Under the pieces are notes generated by a model, which did no database searches, was not told where the DNA came from, and worked only from the letters and a program-made list of their open reading frames with translations. DNA of 64,000 nucleotides from Lingula anatina (lineage: Eukaryota; Animalia; Brachiopoda), in NCBI GenBank assembly GCA_051362555.1, contig CM120647.1, positions 14,856,651-14,920,650 of the forward strand, written 5' to 3'. This document shows, piece by piece, positions 12,401-22,500 of the stretch. Position numbers and translations under genes: made by a program. The stretch's first letter is position 1. Each line of letters begins with the position of its first letter.

Positions 12401-13604
12401 TATATATTATAAAAAATTTTTATAAGAAAATGATGAGCAGCAATCCCCACAAAAATAAATAATAATATAGGTTAATTCAGACAGTGAATATATTATATAA
12501 AATTATATTACCCCGGAATAGGTCGGTTCCATTTACACACGCATGCACGCACACTCACGCACACACAATTATAGAAATAAAAACATTGATAAAAACAGTG
12601 TAAAGGATGAAACATTCTTGGTTAATCAATAAAGTAATATATACGCGTTGTTCAGTTCACAAAAATAACCCACAGACTTGTAATTTAATTCTAAGCGGTC
12701 GCTTAACTGTGCATTTGACTCGCAAGTGAACGTGTGGAATTTGAGTAATTAAAATTTGTATGCAATGCGCAATAGTGCAGATAAGGAATTTGGATATAAG
12801 TACGTTCAGAAGTAATATCTGGGAGACCTAAGAGGCCGCTTGGGAGAACTAAAAAGACTTGGAGAGTTCACGTAGGCCATGTAGTTAGCAAGCGTCAACA
12901 AATAAATTATTAAACTGGTCATTATTTGTCCTTGGGGTTTCTTTAAACGACTTTACGTAAATCTGACACAAACTAAATGATTTCGTAGTGCAAGTATACA
13001 AGTATCATTACAGCATATTCATTATTGTGATAATGGCGTAAAAGCAACTTGACGGCCAGTGGCTGATGCAAGAGAGTTTAACGTGCCAAACATGAAATTA
13101 TTAAAAAATCATGTCCTATACTCTGTGTTAAAATTAGATAGAAATGAGGTGTTTGGGGTAAACAAAACATTCTGTGTCCAAGCAGAAATATATTTCTGGG
13201 ACCTTTCCTTTTTCGCTCACTTTGCGTTATACGACGGAGGGTTACTATTTCTTGGATTATTCCTTTCATGTGCACATAATAGGAAAATTCATTTTGTCTT
13301 CCCCCTCCACTTAATCTCTCTTTCTAAAATGCCCACACTAACCTTGATAGTTTTTTTTTTTCTTTGTTTGGTCCCCCACCACTTCAATCAGTCTACTACA
13401 CTGTACGAGAAACACATTCACAGTACGACATATAAGTTTACTAATGGTAGTAAACAACTTACTGGCACCGGTATCCACCTCTCCTCTGTCTCCAACTATC
13501 TTCCCCAGGTTTGTTCCCACCACAGGAGTATCTGTACACAAAACCACTTCTATCTGCACCAAAATGTAAAAACAGACAGCCGAGAGAACTTTGTTACTCG
13601 CCAT
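2846..13604 (-). CDS. Secreted type-B carboxylesterase/lipase, copy A; exons 13604-13463, 4867-3487, 3137-2846; 604 aa
   Basis: Signal peptide; FLGIPYAKPPVGRLRF, EDCLFLNVY, HGGAF, NYRLGFLGF, GNYGLYDQ, FGGDPDRITLIGDSAGG (Ser), TSHDG (Asp), AEHFD (His), FAKNG|DPN across intron 2; GT-AG sites in phases 1 and 2 keep the frame. Confidence 0.9.
5479..5973 (-). repeat. 3' LTR of the BEL/Pao element (495 bp)
   Basis: No difference from 11900-12394 found by eye; element-strand start TGTAAGG, end GTGCTATA; contains AATAAA. Confidence 0.93.
6101..11854 (-). CDS. BEL/Pao Gag-Pol polyprotein (Gag, aspartic protease, RT, RNase H, integrase), 1917 aa, uninterrupted
   Basis: Triple zinc knuckle (CVFCSGNHTIKQC, CFNCLQSSPSHTARTC, CQVPGCGKRHHALLH); FLDSGS; YLPHHPV..RVVFDCAAK; FYVDD; HHFSDAS..PRMEL..WTDS; HHCC plus VDYFGP, FSDNGTNF, GGVWERL. 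Confidence 0.96.
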   Translation of the reverse strand: MAYHGSLQDFGLSHRRFRTNSLRSASESQRTKAALAIANAQLEFEEAETALRRRYREQELKDEMRMISLRAQVRRREIEAEIQEDESLSEHNFTIDRYFNSMEEGNVDTIDAHNLTNSDHVSHQHISAQQQHQSEQQRSRMNALHPHSTQQLQQLGVSYETEPTQPKPMSRTNQPQQFPTAAQSSQPSQLPQPYIVPSYTDPTMTLNPHATEYTPMTAQSIGTSTIEQQRQLIMNDQVAHLLLQQQRALQEITLNQEMPKREYLYFNGDPVSYPTFIRNFETNIEQRVPDFRSKLSYLIQYCTGEAKEAIKSCVILEPEEGYLQARNILQTHFGQKHIIIKAMLEKIVTGPPIKASDVTRLSKLSRDMTTCQMTASKMGYYEDLNSMDTLEKVVRRLPQYLQAGWAKRSGKLFNQWIEVKFKDLADYLEEMVQIANSRFGQLVGSKPDVKPKSKVSCHNPSYKTTTLATNIHPAEKSNSNSNKSQPSSVQKDPCVFCSGNHTIKQCFKFARMNYSDRKIFVSENKLCFNCLQSSPSHTARTCQWKQLCQVPGCGKRHHALLHPPCVPANSSALQREPGANATSVVTDPVVAVQSAAVATGRRISLQIVPVTVSDGNGGPIIETYAFLDSGSDHSLCLHSLAEKLGARGKPIQYSVSTVNDESCVNQGQEVQLEVKAINSQQGLILDQVWTTDRLPICEKNIPNNSDISEWSHLKDVRLPELDDKTVTILIGNDHPEAHWRIEEKRGDKKQPYAIRTILGWTILGPMKRPNDGDVTVNFIHADQVLGCDNSLRGCDSISTQLSKIYNSEFSESSVSSSQCMSLEDKKAKRIMDESVVFVDGHYQVSLPWKSDELLPNNKPAAEKRLNLLKRRLQRDEKLREKYTQALQEYIDKGHAQKIDHRNLHNNSNSVWYLPHHPVINSKKSKIRVVFDCAAKYAGVSLNDSLLQGPDLTNSLIGVLLRFRQEKIAIVADIEQMYHQVRVHPDDRDALRFLWWPAGDLSKQPEEYQMLVHVFGATSSASCTVYALLKNAEDHGKDFDFQTVETVYRNFYVDDCLKSVETVDEAKMMITQLTSLLQKGGFHLTKWISNQEEVLSSVPTAEQAPSVRNVNFDKQPIEHALGVQWNIEKDTFGYCVRERDVKNTRRGILSFIASIYDPLGFAAPLILKPKQILQELCREGIAWDSDLPAEHLNAWTQWREGLDNLQTIEIPRCYKSAQLADIQSIELHHFSDASLSGYGIVSYLRFVDINQQVSCNIVMGKSRVAPLKTVTVPRMELTAATLSAKVHKQMMEELQLPIHRVVFWTDSTIVLQYIRNSATRFHVFVANRLQMIHDVSSPSQWYHVDSDQNPADYASRGIQLRSDNGDDIQRWLHGPAFLYQPEIHWPKQPDNLHEILENDREVKRKSAQVHVTTSSEVFDGVERLLHHFSSWYTLQKSVAWILRFKRYLLSRVRQLTVDRNNEPLTVQEIALATDAIVMYVQAKSFPKECNVVSSAMTKKPDSKGYVSPLRKLSPIKIDGILCVGGRLQNSAISTSQKHPKILPHDHHVTEIIVRHYHIKEGHVGAYHVLSVIRQEFWITRGLSTVKKVIRKCMVCRRWNAVPSSQVMAPLPRSRVTPGKPPFHSVGVDYFGPLLVKCGRRTNKRYGCIFTCMATRAVHLEISYNLSSDSFIQAVLRFISRRGPPCEIFSDNGTNFTGAEADLKRILQQWNQEKISDSLLRRNIQWYFNPPNASHAGGVWERLIRSVRKIMRSILGNRLVDDETLITVLTEVEKIMNDRPLIRKADHYYELETLSPNQLLLLRSNPCLPADNFTERDQYNEQWKHAQLIADQFWQRWIKEYLPVLQERQKWLRPAKNFEKGDFVLLIDENAFRGQWPKGLIEETFPDKYGHVRQVIVKTAKGRFRRDVRKLCLLEGNFV
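11900..12394 (-). repeat. 5' LTR of the BEL/Pao element (495 bp)
   Basis: Direct repeat of 5479-5973 at a constant offset of 6421. Confidence 0.93.
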
Positions 13605-14063
13605 CTTAGCTGTCGCAGATCTTTATAGTCAGCCGCAACGTTTATCTAGGTGATGATTACGTAATACTGCCGGAGAGAAAGTGAAGCGGTAAAGCATGTA
13701 AGAAAATGTATTCGCCACGCCTCATAAACTTAACTTAAATTAACGTAAATATTAACACCCTACGAAACCCAAAAGGGACCAGCATATACGGTTATTCTGC
13801 CCTATGATCACTTTATACGGTTTAAAATTACAATCTCTGATGACTTCTCTCCAAACACTAGATATTTCAATCAGTTATACTGTATTTATATACACTCGAT
13901 CTGGTTCGTGCTGTACAAGCCAAAGGTAAGTGAGTCGGTTTTTCGGACTTGATACCTTTTTTAAATATAATTTACTACAGTCTTTCTTAAAAACGAAGAT
14001 TCATATTATCATCCTTTGTTGTCAGAAGGTAATATTAGATATCAAATAAGAATTAGGACCTAC

Positions 14064-14196
14064 CTTCAACGGAAATGTTCGGATCTGATGTTGGCCAAAG
14101 CCTGAAAGCCTTCTTCACTAGTAGTAGCGCCAGCCTCCGTGTTGGATTCTCTATACAGAAACACTGGCCAGAGAATCGGTTCTGGGCGTCCTTATA
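14064..14196 (-). promoter_or_regulatory. Putative TATA promoter and short non-coding first exon of copy A (paralogous blocks near 1416-1545, 25320-25425, 55930-56035, 63517-63645)
   Basis: TATAAG at 14196-14191, initiator-like CCAGTG about 30 nt downstream, GAAG|GTAGGT donor at 14064; ACAG conserved 5-6 nt before the ATG of each complete exon 1, as a candidate acceptor. Confidence 0.45.
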
Positions 14197-14389
14197 AACG
14201 TTCGTGATTTTTGTAATTTCGGCTATCCCCAACAGTGTTTGTAGCAGTGAACAGGGAACTGGAAAAGGCCCTGTCAAAGGGACAAAAAGGGGATCCATTT
14301 TTTTTTCACCAAAGGCTTTGATAATATGGGGTGTCACCCCGCAAAAATATCCACATTCGTCAACTGTCCATTATAACATCCATCTACGG

Positions 14390-14532
14390 GGCTATGTTGC
14401 CACCTCCGTTTGTTTGTTTATTCGTTCATCACCTGCCTAACTCAAAAACTTATGGATGGGTTTTGATGAAATGTTCAAGATAGGCCATTAATAGGCTACC
14501 TTAGAAGTGATTACAGTTTGGTGATGATCTGT
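14390..14532 (+). mobile_element. Decayed HINE-like relic upstream of the putative promoter (also about 1690-1835, 22340-22485, 25620-25760, 28350-28490, 35045-35120, 56225-56360)
   Basis: Collinear with 54311-54538: GTTTGTTTG..TAACTCAAAAACTTATGGA..TTTTGATGAAAT..GTGATT..TTTGGTGATGATC. Confidence 0.65.
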
Positions 14533-15230
14533 ATTACCATACACCCCATTTATATCTGTATAGCGCGTCATGGCGCAGTTTTCCTTTGTGTTTATTTTCT
14601 ATTTCTGTCCTGTCAAGCATTCGTCATTACCTCCGCCTCTTTGGTTTCTCATGAATATTTACTACTCAGTCTAGGCTGATGCAGCGTGACTAATTTAAAT
14701 TTATCCCATTATATTACTCCCTACTGCACATGGTTTACTCGACACTATTCTACATGTGGAAGGAATGCAAAAACTTCTTGCAACCTTGGCGAAAATTTGC
14801 TGCAATTTTTTTTATTGTGCTAAGACGACTTTCCCATCGGTATGCCACTAAGCTTCCTTCAAATAGCATGACTCTGTATGTATGGGTTGATTAATAAATT
14901 AAAAATATAACGCAATTTGTATTTCCTTGTCTGAGTACTTTTCTCGTTAATATTTTTTGTTTGTTTTTGAAAGCATTAAAGTTATCATCTTTACTGTCTC
15001 ATTTAAATATTTTGAAACAACCTAAATGAGGTACAAAAAAAAAATAAATAAAAACAATGACAGAAATATTTTAAAAGGAGAAAAGAAATGAAAACCATTT
15101 TTATCTTGCGTAGAACAACTTCTCTTTTAATGTCAACAAAAACTACCTATATATTGACCAATACCTTTTATTTAAAATCCCATATTTGCAATATATATAT
15201 AATTTTTATAATATCTGACCTTGGACCCAG

Positions 15231-15306
<76 letters not shown>

Positions 15307-15380
15307 CAAGCGTGAGTGTGGCACATAGTGCTCAACAGTCCGGAGCATTTATGCACAATTAAAATTAATAAATTAATTAA

Positions 15381-15880
15381 AAACAAGAGACATATAATAA
15401 CCCCGACTTCGAGCTTCAAGGGCATACCCAGAAGGTATGCCCGATCGTCAGGAGGTTTATTTGAAAATGTTTTTTTTTTTAGCCGTTTATGTACACGGCG
15501 TAACGACACTTACATCGCACGCCGTGTCAGTTACGTCACCTTATGCCGACACATGGTAATTATTTCAGTTATTTTATTTAGAGTATCTGGTGTTATCATT
15601 ATTAACAGTTTTTCATCCTGGCAAAGGTTGCATTGGTGCTGATTTCTCATTTGCGGCGCTGATTTTGTATGATGTCCCATCTAATGCCATACTGGGTGTT
15701 ACTTTCTTTTAATTTCCAAATGTATTAAGTTTCTAAAGCATATTTTTTTGTCCCTAAATGACTTAATGATATCTCAGCTTGAATTACCCATCACAAAGGC
15801 CTATATATTTCATGCATATTTCTTTGTAGTAACTGTTGCTTGGTACACAATATTGAGTCGGGGTTATTACATGTCTCTTG

Positions 15881-15883
<3 letters not shown>
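15381..15883. mobile_element. Non-autonomous element with about 28-bp terminal inverted repeats
   Basis: AAACAAGAGACATATAATAACCCCGACT / AGTCGGGGTTATTACATGTCTCTTGTTT; internal hairpin GGGCATACC-CAGAA-GGTATGCCC; absent from the paralogous 3' regions at about 2540-2630 and 29340-29380. Confidence 0.65.
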
Positions 15884-15945
<62 letters not shown>

Positions 15946-16262
15946 TGGCACCTGGGCATAACCATGATAATATATTGGATCAGGGCATAGTATGGATGAT
16001 TATCAATATTGATAATATTAAGGCAAAATCGTGTAAGGATAGTCATTATAAAGGATAAAGGTCAGGGCACAGATACATATGGCAATAAAATTTTATAATT
16101 TTAATTACTAGTACATAGACATATATCAACTTATACTCAAACATGCACTACGCAGATATGCCGTATATGACGACACATATAACTATGCATTCCTCATCAA
16201 CCATTGAAATACCGACGACGAAGTAACCTGGGTGTCCAATATGTTCTCCAAATTGCCTTAGA

Positions 16263-18271
16263 TCAAGGTTCGGATTGACATGTACCTGCGGCCACCATGT
16301 CAGCCTCTTTACCCACTGCCACTATAGCCGGAAGTACCTCGGTCGCAAACAGATACTGGCGCTCTCTATCGAATGTTTCCACGGTGGTGGGCGTGTCCAG
16401 GTTGATGAATTGCCTGGAAGACGCTGTATATTCAGGCCACTGGACGTTGACTGGGTCACCAACATTTGGGTCACTGAAAAGACGAGAGTGTTGACTGATT
16501 AGCAAAACAATGAAAACGATATTGAGCGTACACAATAGTGCATTCTGACTTCGTAGTCAAGTCATATTTGACATAAGTCCTTTTGTAGAGGGATATTTCA
16601 TACTAATTAAATTACAGTTGATGGTCATTGGTACAATTAAAACTTAATGGGCATCAAGTACTTTGTATTTTCATTCATCAATATCATTAAGATTTCAATT
16701 GCAGTAAATATTTCCGATATGTTACCTGACCCTTACCCATTTTTGGCGAAGTTAGCTATATACCGCCTGATGGTTCTTCCAAGTTCCAGTTCCTCAGTTG
16801 TCAAATTATATACATCCGGGTGCTGTTCAAAAACACCAAAATACAGAATGCGGGTATCAAATTGTTCAGCTCGTACAAAATCAGCCTTAGGTAAGTAAGA
16901 AGATGGATAGCCAAGTCGGACAGATAATGTGTATTTATACGTTGTGGCACCTCCCGCTGCGTTCAATCTAGCCGCCTCCTCTGCTGGCATTCCGAAGAAA
17001 ACGTCAGTGTTTTGCTGCACCGCCTGAGTCAAAATATCCGAAGGATCCATGGGGTCTTGGATAAGGCCGTATTCGTGAAACAAGGACCTAGCAACAGCCG
17101 TTCCCGCGCTTTTCACCTTGAACTGATAGAGCAGTGATACAAATATTTCGAGATTGAAGCGTTGCTGGGACACAGTAGGGGGATCCCCTAATAAAGAAAA
17201 TGTGAAGAAGCTGCCGTCATGGGAGGTACCACCTACCATATACCGAAGCCCGGATGTCACGTTTTCTCTCAGTAGCTCTCGTGGGTGTCTTGGTATTAAA
17301 ACTCCATCAATACTTGGTCGCCAGGCGAGTCCTCTCAACCCTTCCTCCCTTATTTCTGCCAATTCCTGAGCGTCTTTATTGCGAAGACAGAGGAGTCTTG
17401 CACTTGGTTCATGCATATCACATCCGGCCACTTTCGAAAACTCCAAACTGACGTTCAAAGACTCGGTCAGATACCAAGGGGCTAAGATCGACCCACTCAC
17501 TGATATCCCTCCCTGTATCAAACCACGATTTAGTGGAGAGATCATCTGATAATCCACCGACGCTCCTCCTGATGCATCACCAATAAGAGTAATGCGATCA
17601 GGGTCTCCGCCAAACGCCTCAGCATTCTCCCGTACCCATTTAATAGCCCAGTGTTGGTCATACAGGCCGTAATTTCCTCTAGCCTCGTCAGTCCCCGTGC
17701 TGAAGAACCCCAGAAAGCCCAGTCTGTAGTTAAAAGTGACAAGGACGACGTCAGACTCCAATGCAAGGATATCTCCATTAAATGTCGCACTTGTTCCTCC
17801 CACGAACGTACCGGCATGAAAATGGATAAGAATTGCCAGACGAACGCCCTTTTCACGTAGAGCGTCAACACCACGTGGCACGAACAAGTTCAAAAACAGG
17901 CAATCTTCGTCCTGTGTGAAGTTGGTGATTGTTCGACCTAGGTTGACGTAGAGGTTAATAGAGCTGTTTTGCTGCAGGCAGTGAGGACCGAATTGTTTCA
18001 CTTGTCGAATGCTTTCTCCCCATCCAGGATGACGCTCGGGATTGGCAAATCGAAGAGTCCCAACTGGGGGTTTTGCGTATGGTATTCCAAGGAAGCGATC
18101 AACTATACCTGTGCCTATAGAAGAAAATTTCAGAAAATCATTATATGAATGCTAATTGCACTAGAGATGATTTGAGTATTTTGAAAGATCGTCACCAATG
18201 TAGCTCACCTGTCACATTTCACTCCATCTTGAGCGTGACTAAGTGCATGCGCGCACGTGGGAACAAACAAA

Positions 18272-18311
<40 letters not shown>

Positions 18312-19508
18312 TTTTCATAGCACTTGTTAGCAGATTGACAGTAATGTGATTATTTTAGCTGTCTTGTACCATAAAATTTCCCTTCACGAAGTCAAAACTG
18401 TTGTTTTATTCCACTGCAAAAAACGTCTATCAATAACAAAAAAGAAAGTACTATAATCCCTTACCAAAAAAGTGTCACCCCTAAAGCAATGCGTAAAGTG
18501 ATGCAGAAAATCCTGTCATCAACTATTATTTTTTATTCAACTTCTATAAGGAACTTTCTGATTGTACCACCCATAAATGAACTAAACATGTAAAAAATTA
18601 AAGCCATATTTTAGTGTTTTGTACAGTATGGAAGCAAGGCTCTGTGTTAAAGTTCCCATTGACCACTGCCAGCTCGCCTACACTATAGCAGCCAATACCC
18701 CCCATACAAGACTTATACTGGGTGTGTCCTGTCGACGGTTCATGGCAAGGATCCTTGGTCTCCTTACAAAAATAACGGCGACTGTGCAGACGTTTCTTGA
18801 CGGTTGCTCAGAAACTTGGTATGCCCTGTTCTTGTTAAATGTTGCAGACAAGCTCTGAAAAATCATGAAGCGTTTTTTACGCGGAAGGCTTATTAACATT
18901 TTCTCTTCTCTGGGTGTAGTTTCTTACGGTCGGCCTCACCCAGGCAATTTTGCCCATATGGCCTGTTTGTTAATGATGCTGACTATCCCTCTGAACGGTT
19001 CTCATGGAACAACCCAGCCTTCTGGCAATTCATCTAGCCAATAGTCCAATCTATGTCAATCTTTTGGTAAAAAAGGTTCCCTCTCACTTAGGAGCTTCAT
19101 ATTAAAATAATTGGTTTTGGGTTATTTCAATGGTTACGCTAGGTAGGTTAATCCACTAATCACATCAACAATTTATACGATGTTTGGTTGATACTTGTTG
19201 TGTAATATTAAAATTAAAACCATGGAAACCCTCATTGTAATGCAAATAATTGCGGCAGGTGATATTTTTTTGGTATTTGAGTATATGTATATTACCTGGG
19301 TAGTATACACATGTGTATATTCATTAATTCTTTATAAGTAATATACCAGCAGTTAATTCAGAGATTGAATATGTAGTGTGAAATACGGGAATTATATTAT
19401 CTCGAAATATTTCGGTGCCATTTTCACACACGCGCGCACACTCACACGCACACACACACATATTTATAAAAAAAACTGATAATTAACAGTGTAAAGGGTG
19501 AAATAGTT

Positions 19509-19584
<76 letters not shown>

Positions 19585-22500
19585 GTCATTCTTTGCTAGT
19601 GGTTACAAAATGTTGAATTTGGCCAAAAATTTCAAATGTTCTCTGGGAAGCTGTAGTTTTGCAATGTGATTGCTACACCATCACAGTTTATCATTTCATA
19701 AAAAGGGAAACAGCAGATGCCCTTTTTAGGGCTCACAGGAGAGTTGAACAGCTATACCCACCATATCCAAGGCGCATCACCCTGGGTAATATATGTTGCA
19801 CAAACTAATGAAATCTAATGGGAAGTTTTTAGTTTTAGTTTAAATCATAAGGGGTTGTTGTCTCATTGCTTTAAAACTGGTTTTGAAGAATTCAATCCAC
19901 ATTTCATAATTAATTTTAAAAAAAAGGTGAATATGTGGGACATGGTAACGTTAGTGACGCGGGAACAAAAACTTTTTATAATCATGTAAATAATAACAAT
20001 ATTTTTGCTGTTATCCACACACACTTCAATCATGAGGGGAACATCACTCTCACATGCTTTTAAATTAGAATTGACAAACACAGAGGAATAATGGACACAT
20101 TTTGTTAACTGTAACTCTGTTACGTGGGACACACACTGAACAAAGTTGATCTAAAGAATGTTCCAGATTGTAGTTTTTTTTTTTTTTTTTTGTCAGAATA
20201 ATTATTATTTATTATTATTTTAACACAATAAAGTTCAGTTAAATACAAAATTTAACAAAATGAAGTTCAGTGTAACACAAAATTCAGTATTATAATATTC
20301 TTTCTGAAAGCTGTGGACCACTGGTGATATCTGCTCTGTGCTCTACTAAGGCATCCACTCTTGGGATTCTGAAAAAAATCATACAAGGAATCTGTTTAAT
20401 CTGATAAGGAACAATGGGAAACCTAAGATTACAAATAGTTTATTGCTTATTCAAACAAAGTACAGTGCATTATGAGTGGCAAATACTAATTACTGGGAAA
20501 CATTTTCTTCACCCATTTTCGGTGCTTCATTGTGTCTCTGTACGTTACATAACGTTAGTGTTGCGAGAAATCCATTAATTCCGTTTTTTACAGACAGTTA
20601 AATTTTAAACGCAGTGAATACAGTGTAGCGTCTTAATTTAAGATAGAGCTAAAAATGTCATTCAATTTCAATGATTGAGTTTTCGAGAACAAGAGAACAT
20701 GAATACGGTGTCACCGCGTTACCATGTGACACATACGAAAAACGGAAGTTAAGACGAAGTCACCCTACTAATCAAATGGTAAGAATCAATCAATACACAT
20801 ATGGATTTATGTTGAAACTATTGGAGAAAAATGACACTAAATTCAGTATTTTTCACCTTCATAAAAAGAAGATCCCTATAAACAGTCCCGTAGCGATTAA
20901 ATAAAGGGAATTACACGTGTGCTCCTGCATCCGACCTCGACAGCGTCACTGCATTACATGTTATGAGAATGGGACACGTGCCACTTTGAGCTGGATTTTT
21001 GGTGTGTAAAAGAAGCCATTCGTGTGCGAGACGTCATCAGTAAGAAAGTATGGAAAAGATTGCTATTGATGTATAATTTTCATGCGGCATTTTAAAATCG
21101 TCTGATAAAAATCGATCTCTGAAGTTTCAGTGTAACGAACGTTACATGGGACACAGTGAAGAAAAATTGACCTTGTTGAGCAAGAAATGTGAAATTGTTA
21201 AGAAAACTGACATTAGCATGGACTTCGTGACACAAACTAACCGACAGACTTGAAGAGTTTTAATACGGAAAGGTAGGATTAGATGAAATTTTCATTGGGC
21301 TGGGACACGGCATGTAACGTTCATTACGGTAATTTTGTGATAGTTTTTCAGTGACTTCAAATAAATTTTTCTTTAAATAATCTTTTGCACATTCTGTTTA
21401 TTATATCTTCTTGTAGTAGGTGTATTTCCTGCTTCAATAATACATTCAAACCCTAAACAAACTGTTCCTAAAAAGAGGTAGGGTCGGAATTACACAAAAA
21501 TGGACGCCATTTTGATGGTATTTTCGATATATTTTCTGCTTTTTCTCTTTTTTTTTCTTTTATAACAGCAACCTCCTTGCTCATACAACTTCTTTGATTT
21601 GTTATTGAGACATACACAACCATGTCATCAAAATTTGGTTGGCCATCTAAATTTAAATAACATTCTTGGTATCAAAATACAGAAAGAAGCAGCAAAGAGA
21701 ACTTTGTTACTCGACATCTTTGCTGTCTCAGATTTTAGTAGTCAGCCGCTTTACGTCTTGTCTCTTATAACGTCAGCGCAAGACAAGAAAGGCAGCTCCA
21801 GGCAGTTAAAGTGAGACTCGTATCTTCCAAATATTTTTGGCAAAGACGCCCTTAGTCTGGTACATACGTGCGGATCATGACGAAGTACTATCGGATATAA
21901 AATGAAGCTGTAAAGAATTTTTGATAACGTTCTCGTCGCCGGTTATATTATTTGCCGTAAATATTAACGCCGCTTTATAATTCCACTCTCTGGTGAATTA
22001 TCCAATATTGTTAGAAGGTAATATTAGATATAAAATAATAATCAGCTTTAGTGGAAATGTTCGGCTGTGGTGTTGAGTTAAGCCTGAAAACCTTTCCCTA
22101 TGGTAACACAGAAACATTGGCCAGCGAACCAATTCTCGGCATCTTTTATACAATCATATTTTCGGCTATCCCCAAGAGTAGGAGTTGAGCTTGTAAATTC
22201 AAGCAGCTCCAGCCTTTCAAAGGGACAAGAAGAAGGGGGATCCAGTTTTTTTTATTCAGAGGCTATAATAATACAGGGTACCACACCAAAAATATCCTCA
22301 CTCTTTGACTGTCCATCACTTTTTCACCTCCGTTTGTTTTGTTACGTTTGCACCTTCGCTTGTTTGTTTGTTTGTTCGTTCATCACCGTCCGAACTCAAA
22401 CGTTATAGATGGGTCTTGATGAGATGCTCAATAAAGGTCATAAATATGCTCACTGAAAAGTGATTATGTATGATGATGAACTGTATCACCTTACACCCCA

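Noticed and set aside
13059-13628. 189-aa plus-strand ORF and similar ORFs at 779, 34440 and 31407
   Set aside because: Antisense to esterase exons; the frame is not conserved among paralogous units
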